A DNA stretch of 26,723 nucleotides, taken from a virus. Lineage: Duplodnaviria; Caudoviricetes. Both the position numbers and the translations under genes were made by a program. Shown here in pieces: positions 15,930 to 25,159 of this stretch; the first letter of the stretch is position 1, and each line of letters opens with the position of its first letter. The stretch is from positions 1 through 26,723 of IMG/VR virus record IMGVR_UViG_3300017903_002919. The stretch is one strand, 5' to 3'. The notes below the pieces were generated by a model. The model had not been told where the DNA came from. It saw only the letters and a program-made list of their open reading frames with translations, and ran no database searches.

Positions 15930-16451
15930 CTATTTCTGTTTTAAGAAAAATCTTAGTAGGTTAAATCCAGGACCTACGACACCTTTTAAAGTTCGCATTA
16001 TTCTTTTAGCCTCCTCGTGGTCCTGGAAGCGCATAGCTTTTTCACGTTCGTTAGTGAAAGCAACTAATCTTTTTTTCTGTTTGTTCAAGCAGTCACTCAC
16101 ATATCCTTTTGGATGTGTGATGACCCATACTTCTTGGAAACTAAGCAAAGGCATAGCTTCAGTGTCGGACGTGGTATATAACCGACCTGTTAACTTTACT
16201 TGTGATTTTAGTTTTGTCTTTTCTTTAACAATTTTTTTTGAAATTAAGTTTACTGATGCTGTAAGTGTTCCTTTTTCTCTCATTTGCTTTTTAAGTTTTC
16301 TCGCTGCATTAGCTGCTTCAAGTGGTTTGCTGAAAAATTTAGTCGTCATCAAAATACATTCGTTAGTTTTTACACAGCCCACATAACCACTATCGGTTTT
16401 GGCTGTGAAGACTTCTTTACCTTCGGTGTCGGGAACCCATACTGTCAGCAT
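15930..16451 (-). CDS. Hypothetical basic protein, translationally coupled to polA
   Basis: 173 aa with a TAATG stop/start overlap at 16451. Confidence 0.75.
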   Translation of the reverse strand: MLTVWVPDTEGKEVFTAKTDSGYVGCVKTNECILMTTKFFSKPLEAANAARKLKKQMREKGTLTASVNLISKKIVKEKTKLKSQVKLTGRLYTTSDTEAMPLLSFQEVWVITHPKGYVSDCLNKQKKRLVAFTNEREKAMRFQDHEEAKRIMRTLKGVVGPGFNLLRFFLKQK

Positions 16452-18346
16452 TACTTTTCTGCCCAGGACTCAGCAACGTTAGCATCGCATTTTACGGGTA
16501 CCTTATTAAGAATCGTCATTGCAGCCTCTTTCATTTCTGTCTCAAGGATGGTCTTATACTCGTTTGCTTTTTCTTCTATAGCTTCGAAGACAAGTTCATC
16601 GTGAACTGTAGCTATGGGGCGGAATTTTTCATTTATATGTTTGCCTAAATTTGCGATGGCAATTTTTAAAATGTCAGCACCAGCTCCCTGTATCAACGTA
16701 TTAGCACAAGCGCTCATAGTTGCATCGTCGTAACTGAGTAATCTTCGACGACCGGTTGGAGTTCTTACATAAGTCCAACCATCTTCTACCATCGCACTTC
16801 TCTCGCGGTGCCATTCTCTTAAACGAGGGTACGCCCTGTGGAAACCGGCGTGTGCTGTTTTAGCTTCACTGAGTGTGATTATATTTCCTGATTGAGCACT
16901 GTATGTTTTATATTTTCTAAAACCCATGCCATACAACAGGGCAAAATTCAAAGTCTTGCCCATCTGCCTTTGTGTTTTTTCTACTTCATCGATACCTACG
17001 TGGTAAATAAGACTTGCAGTAAGAGAGTGAAGATCTAAACCTTGATTAAAAGCATCGATCATTTGAGGTATGTTTACAAGCTCTGCAGCAAGTCTCAATT
17101 CGATTTGAGAATAATCAGCGATGATAAATTTGTACCCTTTAGATGGTGTAAAACACTCACGGAATTCTTTATCTCTAGGCACTTGTTGGATATTTATACC
17201 CCAAGTTTCTTTTTTCTTCTTACCTGTTACTCGTTTTGATCCAGAACTGGTAAATCTTCCGCTGTTTGCCCCGTATGAGTTATAACCACTATGCATCCGC
17301 CCTGATATCGGATTTATATTTTCTAAAATCTTTTCAACGTGGGCAAGAGCAGTCTCAATTTTTGTTCTCTTACGAAGAAGATTAAGTGTAATATCGTCGC
17401 TATCAAATTCTGACAAAGCTACCTGAGACAGTGTTTGTTTTCCTGTTCTATCATCAACTGGTAAATCAGTGCCAATTTGATTGAAGTGTTTGATGCATTG
17501 AATATTTGATCCGGGGTTAAATTCTTTTTTTGCATTTTTGCCGACGGCAAGCGTTCCGTCCTCGTGTCTAGGCAGTTTGAATCCATCAGGTAAACGATCG
17601 TCAAGAGACTCACAGAACAGGTTAGTAGCTTCGCTGAGTTCTTGCTGCTTCTTAGCTTTTAGTTGTTTTAATTTTTTTGTATCTACATTAAAACCATAGT
17701 GACACATAAGTGCTACTGGTCGTATAACTTTACTTTCTAAACTGTATAACTCTACTAAATTTTCGGTTGCTAGTTCAGCGAGCTGTATTTTGGCTATCTG
17801 AGGGAGAAGATCAACGTCTCTTGCTGCGTATTCAATTTGTTTTATATCTAATTCGGATTTGCTCCAGTCTGATACTTGTTGTTCTTTAGAAATTTTTATA
17901 TCTAAACGTCTTTCAACTACGGCTTTGAGAGAACAACTAATTTCACCAAAAAATACTTTTTCTGTTTTCGGTGATGTTTTCTTTTCTTTCGAACCAGCGA
18001 CTAAACACCGTTCAGCTATAAAAGTATCAAAAATTTTATGTTTGTAATCAATATCCATTTGAAGAAGAAACTGAAGATCAAAGTTGAGATTATGCCCTAA
18101 AATCATTTCTCTTGATTCAATGAGACTTTTTAAACCATCAAGGTTTAAGCACTTAAAGCAGTCGATGACGTAAATAACTCTTTCTTCTAGATCAGCCTGT
18201 GTTGAGCAAAGTTGAATCAGGCGTACGTCATGCACCCTTGCATCTAATCCTGTCGTTTCGGTGTCTAGACAGAGCTTTGGGATAGTCCGCAGCTCTGCAA
18301 AAGCTTTTTCCAGCTCCTCCCTCGTGGTGATGTACTGAAGTTTCAT
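16451..18346 (-). CDS. polA: Family A DNA polymerase with 3'-5' exonuclease
   Basis: Exonuclease motifs LDTETTGL, GHNLNFDL and YAARDV. Motif A ADYSQIELR, motif B RQMGKTLNFALLYG, motif C VHDELV. No 5'-3' exonuclease domain. Confidence 0.97.
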   Translation of the reverse strand: MKLQYITTREELEKAFAELRTIPKLCLDTETTGLDARVHDVRLIQLCSTQADLEERVIYVIDCFKCLNLDGLKSLIESREMILGHNLNFDLQFLLQMDIDYKHKIFDTFIAERCLVAGSKEKKTSPKTEKVFFGEISCSLKAVVERRLDIKISKEQQVSDWSKSELDIKQIEYAARDVDLLPQIAKIQLAELATENLVELYSLESKVIRPVALMCHYGFNVDTKKLKQLKAKKQQELSEATNLFCESLDDRLPDGFKLPRHEDGTLAVGKNAKKEFNPGSNIQCIKHFNQIGTDLPVDDRTGKQTLSQVALSEFDSDDITLNLLRKRTKIETALAHVEKILENINPISGRMHSGYNSYGANSGRFTSSGSKRVTGKKKKETWGINIQQVPRDKEFRECFTPSKGYKFIIADYSQIELRLAAELVNIPQMIDAFNQGLDLHSLTASLIYHVGIDEVEKTQRQMGKTLNFALLYGMGFRKYKTYSAQSGNIITLSEAKTAHAGFHRAYPRLREWHRERSAMVEDGWTYVRTPTGRRRLLSYDDATMSACANTLIQGAGADILKIAIANLGKHINEKFRPIATVHDELVFEAIEEKANEYKTILETEMKEAAMTILNKVPVKCDANVAESWAEK

Positions 18347-18352
18347 GGCATT

Positions 18353-18381
18353 AAAAAAGGGCTGCTTCCGTCGCAGCCCTT
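18353..18381 (-). terminator. Rho-independent terminator immediately upstream of polA
   Basis: On - strand: AAGGGCTGC-GACGGAA-GCAGCCCTT followed by TTTT (T6 run in total). Confidence 0.8.
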
Positions 18382-18400
18382 AGATATTAGCTCGATCGGC

Positions 18401-19180
18401 TCAGGACAAACGATTTTCCCAATAAGACAACACAAACTTAGAGATGTCTCCCCAGAGTTGTACAAGTTCTTTACCTTTTTCGGTAAGGCTGACTTCATAA
18501 ACTGTACGTCTGAGTAGTGTCTGGCTACCTGTCAGTTCTTTGTCGTTTGACCCCCAACTGGTTTTGGCTACAGCTAGAGCCATTCCGTTTTTTACTAGAT
18601 ATTTAAGACCATCACGCAGAGAATTGTAAATTGGAGAGCCGTGGTAAGTGACTAACCCTTTTTGAGCTTTTGCGACGACTGGCATTATAGATTTACCGTC
18701 ATCTTTAAATCCTTTAAAAATGGAAGACTCTTCCGAAACACCTTTGTTCCATGCACGATTAACTTGAATTATTGCAATATCTTTAAGAGTAATTGGGGTA
18801 CCCTTACCAACGGTTTCAAGAATCATCGCTGCACCAACAGATCCCAGCTTTTGGTTTGTCAGGAGATAATCTAAACATTCGATAGCCGGGGAATCTGAAG
18901 CGGTGACTTCGTGAAGTTTTCTGATTCCTTTTTGGAATTCTCTACGTTTAGGTTGTTGTTGTAGTTTTGGTGATTGAATGGCTAACTTTGCTGCCAAAGC
19001 AGCAAGCTCAGGACGTTCTTTTTCGATACTAAGATCAAAAAGTTTTTTAGTACTAAAGCTTCCTTTACTTAAGTACTTACTAATGTCGACATTAATGATT
19101 GGTGCTTCCGATGTTGACAGAATAGTTTCTGCTTCGGATTGTTTGAGAGTGATGCCGTTTAGATTGAACTGGACGTTCAT
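18401..19180 (-). CDS. Hypothetical protein with C-terminal winged-helix-like domain
   Basis: Likely start MNVQF (19180; ORF open to 19231). ITLKDIA...LRDGLKYLVKNGM...VYEVSLTEKGKELV resembles a wHTH. Confidence 0.7.
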   Translation of the reverse strand: MNVQFNLNGITLKQSEAETILSTSEAPIINVDISKYLSKGSFSTKKLFDLSIEKERPELAALAAKLAIQSPKLQQQPKRREFQKGIRKLHEVTASDSPAIECLDYLLTNQKLGSVGAAMILETVGKGTPITLKDIAIIQVNRAWNKGVSEESSIFKGFKDDGKSIMPVVAKAQKGLVTYHGSPIYNSLRDGLKYLVKNGMALAVAKTSWGSNDKELTGSQTLLRRTVYEVSLTEKGKELVQLWGDISKFVLSYWENRLS

Positions 19181-19190
19181 TGAAAAGAGT

Positions 19191-19601
19191 TCAACTGTTT
19201 GTAATACTAAGGTCATTCCATAGCGTGTCAATGTTTGCGAAGTCTCTTATGTCACTTTCAATATCGTCTATTAGTGTGCACATATCGCACATACTGCATA
19301 GAGTCTTTCTACGTAACTCACTAAGAGTGTTTATTCCAAAATTTTTAATGATGTGTTTAGCAAGGATAATAGTTTTATCCTTCTCTGTTCTCTTATTGTC
19401 TTTCAGTTTAATAACATTAAATATTTCTGACTTAACAACATAAGTGACAATAAAAGTTTCGAAAGACATACTCATAACATCAAAATCATCATTCAATAAA
19501 CATACGGTCAACCAAGCTTTTAGTTCGTCGTCTGAGGCATAGTCTTCATATTTTTGAGCTATTTTATTAACCCAATTATAATTTTTTCTTAAACTGTTCA
19601 T
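19191..19601 (-). CDS. Hypothetical protein
   Basis: 136-aa ATG ORF, AT-rich, in the - strand run. Confidence 0.65.
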   Translation of the reverse strand: MNSLRKNYNWVNKIAQKYEDYASDDELKAWLTVCLLNDDFDVMSMSFETFIVTYVVKSEIFNVIKLKDNKRTEKDKTIILAKHIIKNFGINTLSELRRKTLCSMCDMCTLIDDIESDIRDFANIDTLWNDLSITNS

Positions 19602-19623
19602 TTATGACTCGTCGAAAGCGTGG

Positions 19624-21171
19624 TCATTTTACGTCAAGTTTGATTGCTTTTTGAAATACATTTGACATTTCAGAATCGTTTGATGTGTCAACTAAGACGA
19701 TTTCGTCACAGAATTTTTTCATAGTTTCTGACTTTTTACCGATACAAAAACCTCTGACGTCAATTTTGTTTTGAGTTTTGAACTTTGCAAACTCCCTAAC
19801 TTGACGTTCGTCTACTTCACATTCTCCGTCTGTGATAATCAAAATATCTGCTTTATTCGTCTCCGCTCTAAGTGATCTGGCGTCTGCTAACACACTGTTA
19901 AACGACGTGCCTCCGCTTGTTCTCCAGCACATAATAAAATTTAACATTTCATCACTATTCTTGGTTTTAGGTTTGATGTCGATACCTTCTATAACACCAC
20001 TGTTGAACAAACGAACGTGGACTGGACGATTATTGTTTGTGCATTCTTCGACGACGCAGTAAGTCAAAGCTTTAGACCATAGTTCGTCAGTCCAAGTCAT
20101 CGAACCACTTACGTCGACGTACATAATTACCGCACCTTGCTGAACGTGTTTGCTCTGTGCTTCGAAGTCTTTGCACAGCATGGTCTTTTCTGCGTATTTT
20201 AAAGCAAACAACGATCTTCCTTCTTTTGTTGCGGCTAGTGCTAGTTCTGATGGAAATGTTTTTGTAATGTTGTTTGATAATTTAGCTCCAATAATGTTTG
20301 AGTAATTTGATTTAATAGGACGTTCTCGTTTGCGTTGAGTCCATGCTGTTTTGAATGCTCCAAGTCGAGTGATAAATTCTTGAAGTGCTCGACTGCCTTG
20401 GAGTTTTCTAGCAAGTTTGATTTTATCGTTTATGTTGTTCACTTTCTGTCCAAAACCATCAGAGTTCCCAGCCAACTTAGACATAGCTTCTTCCTCTGAA
20501 ACAGTATCTTCGTGGGCCTTTTCAATACCTTTCTGTATACCTGGTTGTTTCCCTTTGTGAAGACAAGTTAGCATTTCTTCTATCTGTTCACCTATTTGTT
20601 TGCCCTTGACTTTAAGCTCGGCTGCTGTTTTACTATCAGCTTCGTTTACTGCTTGAGCAAACTTAGATCGAATCTGCATCAGCTTTTGTTGTTGTTCGTT
20701 TAATGCATTAATCAAAGACGGCTCTTCATTTAAAATTTCTTCAATTACTTGACCTAATTCGTTAAGGATATTAACAGCATTGTTTCCTGAACTAAAATGG
20801 TCACCTACGCAATGTTCTTGCATGGTATCATATGAAGCACTGTTTGCAACGTCGTTAAGTATTAAATGCCATAAAGCATTTTCTGGTTTATAACCCTTTG
20901 GGTATTGAACTTGTTCTCCGTTTTGTTTAGCTCTGAAATATTCTTCAGAAGCTTCAAGACTAACAATAGGTTCAACGTTTCCACCCATGTATAAAAATTC
21001 GAACAGTTCTTTACCGAACCTCGACAAAACTTTGATGTCGAATCTGTCAGCCAAATAGTGAACACGCGGCTTCATTTCTCTGACAAAGCAAGGCCAAAGA
21101 AAATCAGTCATTGCTCCCACTTTTAGAACAAGAGGAGCTTCAGTGTTGAGACGTAGTGCTTCGTTTTTCAT
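19624..21171 (-). CDS. VWA-domain protein (ViaA/CoxE-like)
   Basis: C-terminal MIDAS: YVDVSGSM, GGTSF, LIITDGE. Adjacent to a MoxR ATPase. Confidence 0.9.
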   Translation of the reverse strand: MKNEALRLNTEAPLVLKVGAMTDFLWPCFVREMKPRVHYLADRFDIKVLSRFGKELFEFLYMGGNVEPIVSLEASEEYFRAKQNGEQVQYPKGYKPENALWHLILNDVANSASYDTMQEHCVGDHFSSGNNAVNILNELGQVIEEILNEEPSLINALNEQQQKLMQIRSKFAQAVNEADSKTAAELKVKGKQIGEQIEEMLTCLHKGKQPGIQKGIEKAHEDTVSEEEAMSKLAGNSDGFGQKVNNINDKIKLARKLQGSRALQEFITRLGAFKTAWTQRKRERPIKSNYSNIIGAKLSNNITKTFPSELALAATKEGRSLFALKYAEKTMLCKDFEAQSKHVQQGAVIMYVDVSGSMTWTDELWSKALTYCVVEECTNNNRPVHVRLFNSGVIEGIDIKPKTKNSDEMLNFIMCWRTSGGTSFNSVLADARSLRAETNKADILIITDGECEVDERQVREFAKFKTQNKIDVRGFCIGKKSETMKKFCDEIVLVDTSNDSEMSNVFQKAIKLDVK

Positions 21172-21173
21172 TC

Positions 21174-22379
21174 TTAATCGTTTTTGAATCTGGAAATAGC
21201 AGCAGTAACAGTATTAATATTCACATCTAGTTCACGAACAATTTTTGTAGCTTTCAAACGCCCTGCGGCACTAAAACGCATTTTAGTATTATCGAGTGCT
21301 TCTTCTGCTTTAGTGTTCAAGGTTTTTAATTCTCTTAATATGTCATAAAAATCAAGAACTGCTCTATTCAAGTCACTTAGGTTTGGATTTTTTTCATTAA
21401 CGTTTTGTTTAGTGGACTCGAACTTACGCATAATATTTTGACTTGCTCGTTTGACACTCGCCATAAACTCTTCAGCGGTGGGGATTACATGTTTAACTAC
21501 TTCATTAATGTCTTCAATCTCATCAGGGTTTGTGTAGATAATATGTTTTAAGGTTTGATGAAGCATCGAAGCGTGGACTTCAGTCTCACCTTGTACGACT
21601 GCCCATCCTTTCATAAACTTTAAAATTTGAACTCGACGACGGTCAGATACCGTAATCCCACGAGATTCGAGCATATCAAGAACTTCTGCAAATTGATCAA
21701 TAAACTCCTCAGATACATCTGCAAGAGATGCTTGGTTCTGTAATTCAAGAAGATCTTTGTAAGAGAGTAGAGATTTTACAACCGGTCGAGAAGTTTTAGG
21801 ATCTTGAGAAACAGCCCATTGCATTAGTTTGCGTTTATGCACAGGCGATTTGAGACCAGTAATCGTCGGGCGAAACAGGAATCGATCGCAAAAAGCTTGC
21901 AACGATTCTTCCGTGGGGAAAGAATTAGTAGCAGCAACGATTGACTGAATCTCTGTGTCGATTGCTTTACTCCCATTATTGAATGTTCTTTCGTTAAGAA
22001 TCTGTAAAAGAGAGTTAAGGACTGCTGAAGAACCACGAAACAACTCATCCAGGAAAGCAACATTACAGTCGGGTAAATAACCTGAAGTATCTCGAGTGTA
22101 TTCGTCTTGAAGGAGTTTACTAACTGCAACTGGACCATAAAGCTCAGAGGGATCTGTAGTCGGACTCAATAGATATCCAAAGTATTTAGATCCTTTAAAG
22201 CCGCCAGTTATTGCTCTAACGAGTTCTGATTTGCCTGTTCCAGGTGGACCAAACAAAAATGAATTTTGTTTTGTAATTAAACTCGTTAATAATCCGTCAA
22301 TAACTTCAGATCGATCTAGAAAAGCACTGTTGAGAGATGAGCGAAAACTTTGAAAGTTAGTGAAAAGAGTGTTGTTCAT
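21174..22379 (-). CDS. MoxR-family AAA+ ATPase (RavA-like)
   Basis: GPPGTGKS, T.PSELYGP, AFLDELFR, LNSLLQILNER, ATN, DRF and SDRR. Confidence 0.93.
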   Translation of the reverse strand: MNNTLFTNFQSFRSSLNSAFLDRSEVIDGLLTSLITKQNSFLFGPPGTGKSELVRAITGGFKGSKYFGYLLSPTTDPSELYGPVAVSKLLQDEYTRDTSGYLPDCNVAFLDELFRGSSAVLNSLLQILNERTFNNGSKAIDTEIQSIVAATNSFPTEESLQAFCDRFLFRPTITGLKSPVHKRKLMQWAVSQDPKTSRPVVKSLLSYKDLLELQNQASLADVSEEFIDQFAEVLDMLESRGITVSDRRRVQILKFMKGWAVVQGETEVHASMLHQTLKHIIYTNPDEIEDINEVVKHVIPTAEEFMASVKRASQNIMRKFESTKQNVNEKNPNLSDLNRAVLDFYDILRELKTLNTKAEEALDNTKMRFSAAGRLKATKIVRELDVNINTVTAAISRFKND

Positions 22380-22463
22380 TTAAATAACTTAAAGAGTTTT
22401 GTGAATACGTTCGAGCGCGAACGTTTGTAAGGACCGTGGATTGAGTTTGAAATAAAGATTAGG

Positions 22464-23672
22464 TCAGAAGTCAATTTCGACTGTTTCTTTTCGGTCGATC
22501 GTTTCCTGAAGTTCAGCAGATACTTCAGCGATGTTATCTGAAACCAGCAATTTTTCCTCAGCTTTTTTAAGCAGCTTTGTAAGGTGTTTTGCACGATGTT
22601 TGTAAACAGAAGTTGTTGTGTCGATTTGCTCTTTAAGCAAATCTAATTGAGTCTTTGACTCGCAGTTAGCTAGATCTCCTAGAAGATTTTGGTAGCTGCC
22701 AGTTAGGGCAATCGATTTCTCGAGTTGTTGGAAACCTTTTGAGGAGTCTACTTTTTCTAAAAGACTTTTGGCTTCCTCTGTGATCTCCTGTCGAATGTCA
22801 GAGTAACGCTGGAAAGCAGCCATTCTCACTGAACCTGAAGTTGGGTCACGCATTAACTCACCGACTTTAAGTAAGTCGTCACAAAGTTTTGCTATGGTGC
22901 TTAGCAAAGGATTGTGTACTGCAGACAAAGATATATCTTTAGCGATGATCTGCCAACTTCCTCGTTTTTTAGGGTTGTCACTTAGAACACGTTCACCGAC
23001 TTTAGTAGCGGGACGTGCATCCAGATCATCTATTAGCTCAGCAATTCTACCGAGACTTGAATCAACAGCTCCTTGTCTTGCTGCGATTAACACCTTTTCA
23101 GTGTTAATCGAAGCTTCGTTAGCAATAATCTCTCGTACACTTTGCGGATCTTCACAACGTTCAATGACGGCAGGGTAAGGTCCTACGACATCTACAGAAA
23201 TAGGATTACTATATTCTTTCTGTGTTGGAAAGATACGCATGTATGCTGCACGAACTAAAGCAAGCTGATCTTCGTCGTTAAAGAGAGGGGAAAAGAAGTT
23301 ATCAACTGTTAGTTTCCACTTTTCGAGTTCCTCTGACCAAGCTTCTTTTAATTCAAGATTACACACCGAAGCACGTTTCTTGATTTCTTCAATTCGTTGT
23401 TTAGCTTCTTCGAAATGATCAGCGTGGAGGAAGTGAATGTCGCCATGGTGTATTGTGCAGCGGTCATAAAGATATCGTTGCATGAGTCGTAACTCATCAA
23501 GTGATTTCTTTAAAGCTTGCGAGAGGTTTGGTCTAATTGAAATAGCATTTGCCTCCTTTAAAGTTTCTACAACATCCTGAGGAAGTTTGTAATCCTCGAA
23601 GGCAATTTGAATACTCTGACGAACGCTCGCGCTAATCGAGCAGTGAAGAATGAATACTTGATCTTGGTTCAT
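22464..23672 (-). CDS. Helical protein, DUF3150-like
   Basis: 402-aa helical/coiled-coil protein directly upstream of the AAA+/VWA pair. Pattern and context resemble DUF3150, by inference. Confidence 0.55.
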   Translation of the reverse strand: MNQDQVFILHCSISASVRQSIQIAFEDYKLPQDVVETLKEANAISIRPNLSQALKKSLDELRLMQRYLYDRCTIHHGDIHFLHADHFEEAKQRIEEIKKRASVCNLELKEAWSEELEKWKLTVDNFFSPLFNDEDQLALVRAAYMRIFPTQKEYSNPISVDVVGPYPAVIERCEDPQSVREIIANEASINTEKVLIAARQGAVDSSLGRIAELIDDLDARPATKVGERVLSDNPKKRGSWQIIAKDISLSAVHNPLLSTIAKLCDDLLKVGELMRDPTSGSVRMAAFQRYSDIRQEITEEAKSLLEKVDSSKGFQQLEKSIALTGSYQNLLGDLANCESKTQLDLLKEQIDTTTSVYKHRAKHLTKLLKKAEEKLLVSDNIAEVSAELQETIDRKETVEIDF

Positions 23673-24082
23673 TTGATTCGACGAAATGCGGTGATAACTT
23701 TTTCGGTCACAAATTCATGACCTTTGATTTTCAACTTTTCGATCAGAGACTTACGCTCTGCCTTTAAAAGTTTCAGAGTTTCCTCTGCCTTTTCGATTCT
23801 GACGTTTAAGACATCTAGTTTTTTATCAGGAGTGGGAAGAACGGAAGGTCGAACGATCACCATAATTTTTAGATCTTCGAACCGCAAAGGGTTGTTGTTA
23901 CCTTTGAAGGTTTCGAGATCAATCTCAGACGAAGCAGCGTTAAAAAGTGATGCGTTAAGTGTGTCGCGAGCTGACTCGAATGGTTCGCCGAATGTTTCGT
24001 TGACTGAAGCCAGTGCTTCGTCACATTCGTCCCACAGGAGAGCGGCGCTGCGCCCACGTTTGGTAATTTCAGAGAGTTTCAT
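23669..24082 (-). CDS. Hypothetical protein, first gene of early operon
   Basis: 137 aa with a C-terminal coiled coil and an ATGA overlap with the next gene. Confidence 0.75.
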   Translation of the reverse strand: MKLSEITKRGRSAALLWDECDEALASVNETFGEPFESARDTLNASLFNAASSEIDLETFKGNNNPLRFEDLKIMVIVRPSVLPTPDKKLDVLNVRIEKAEETLKLLKAERKSLIEKLKIKGHEFVTEKVITAFRRIK

Positions 24083-24134
24083 GTAAGGATTAGACTTGGT
24101 GTGTGCTTAAGTGACTTGGTTTGTCACTGGGGTA

Positions 24135-24163
24135 ATTGTACGTCTGTAGCTAGCTGCTGTCAA
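24135..24163 (-). promoter_or_regulatory. Sigma70-type promoter
   Basis: TTGACA (24163-24158)-17 nt-TACAAT (24140-24135), about 50 nt upstream of the ATG at 24082. Confidence 0.85.
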
Positions 24164-24177
24164 GCAGTTCAAAGGAT

Positions 24178-24191
24178 GTAACTAGGGATAC
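24178..24191. promoter_or_regulatory. NtcA-like box
   Basis: GTAAC-TAGG-GATAC matches GTA-N8-TAC and the extended GTA(A/T)C..G(A/T)TAC form. Intergenic, 14 nt upstream of the -35 hexamer. Confidence 0.4.
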
Positions 24192-24329
24192 CATGAGAGG
24201 ATACCAAACTCAAAATTGCAAAGTAAAAAACTTTTATATACAAGAAGTTATTTACCTTTGATTGTCGTTTATTTTACTTAGTTATCTAAGTTAACCTTTA
24301 TTTAATCTATTTAGTTCGTAAAAGACTGC

Positions 24330-24848
24330 TTAATACAGTCCTTTCGATGGGGTTACTGACTGGTCGTTATTATATCTACCAGATATGCGATAACTCGTCG
24401 TTGGAGGGGCAGACATTCTTTGCCAAACAATTTGACCAATCCTCATGCCAGGCCATAAAAACACTGGATGATTACGTCTTGCATTTTTCAACTCCAGTGT
24501 CAGAACACTATTGGTGAAACCTGGGTCAATATAACCTGCCATCAAGTGTTCAATACCACTCCTTGCTACTGAGCTTTTAAGTGCAAATTGACCTGCCACA
24601 TCATCCGGGACGTTAAATTTCTCAACAGTGTGTGCAAGGATAAACTCATCGGGATCTAACAAGAATGGAGTGTCTACATTGTAATTACTGATATCGAAAG
24701 GCATCAAACCCCGCTTAGCCTCTTGTTCTATTAAAAGTTGCTTACCTAACCGCACATCCAACGATGCAGGATTTATCAACGTTGAGTCGAAAGGTGAGAC
24801 AAGACCACCGAGACACATTCGGGCAATTTCGAAATCAGGAAGAATCAT
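24330..24848 (-). CDS. dcd: dCTP deaminase
   Basis: INPASLDVRLG, KSSVARSG, AGYIDPGF, LTLELKN, PGMRIGQ and Y...GRY..Q. Confidence 0.95.
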   Translation of the reverse strand: MILPDFEIARMCLGGLVSPFDSTLINPASLDVRLGKQLLIEQEAKRGLMPFDISNYNVDTPFLLDPDEFILAHTVEKFNVPDDVAGQFALKSSVARSGIEHLMAGYIDPGFTNSVLTLELKNARRNHPVFLWPGMRIGQIVWQRMSAPPTTSYRISGRYNNDQSVTPSKGLY

Positions 24849-24850
24849 TA

Positions 24851-25159
24851 TCAGAGCGTGGGCGAGTCTCGAGTTACTTTAGCGTTACAAAACTGCCACA
24901 GGTTCAAACCGCGTAAGGTTAATTCAATTTGAAATGATTTCTTGTTTATCTTTGACCGCCTTAACCAACCAAGGTTTTCAAGTTTCTTAAAATGCCTGGA
25001 TACACTTGTGTCGAGCATACCCAAAGTGGCAGGATATTCACCGACTTGAGATTGTGAAACTGGAACAGGATGCTCTTCGCAAATAAGAAAGAATAAACGC
25101 ATATCAGACGGTGTAAGTTTGTGCTCATCTATGATTCGCATTAACCGCGATAGTTTCAT
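24851..25159 (-). CDS. MarR-like winged-helix transcription regulator
   Basis: LT..DMRLF...SQS.....SVSRHFKKLENLGWL.R......IELT.RG. Confidence 0.8.
   Translation of the reverse strand: MKLSRLMRIIDEHKLTPSDMRLFFLICEEHPVPVSQSQVGEYPATLGMLDTSVSRHFKKLENLGWLRRSKINKKSFQIELTLRGLNLWQFCNAKVTRDSPTL

Noticed and set aside
6226-18346. Introns, inteins or frameshifts in thyX, primase-helicase or polA
   Set aside because: All are continuous ORFs of expected size, with motifs in order and no intein terminal motifs seen.
8000-24086. Numerous 60-120-aa ORFs nested in or antisense to primase, exonuclease, ssb, polA, VWA, AAA+ and other genes
   Set aside because: Fully overlapped by well-supported genes, with no motifs or translation signals.
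24290-24308. Pho-box-like pair GTTAACCT-N3-TTTAATCT (11-nt period)
   Set aside because: Only two repeats, in very AT-rich DNA, oriented opposite to the flanking genes, and no phosphate genes are present.
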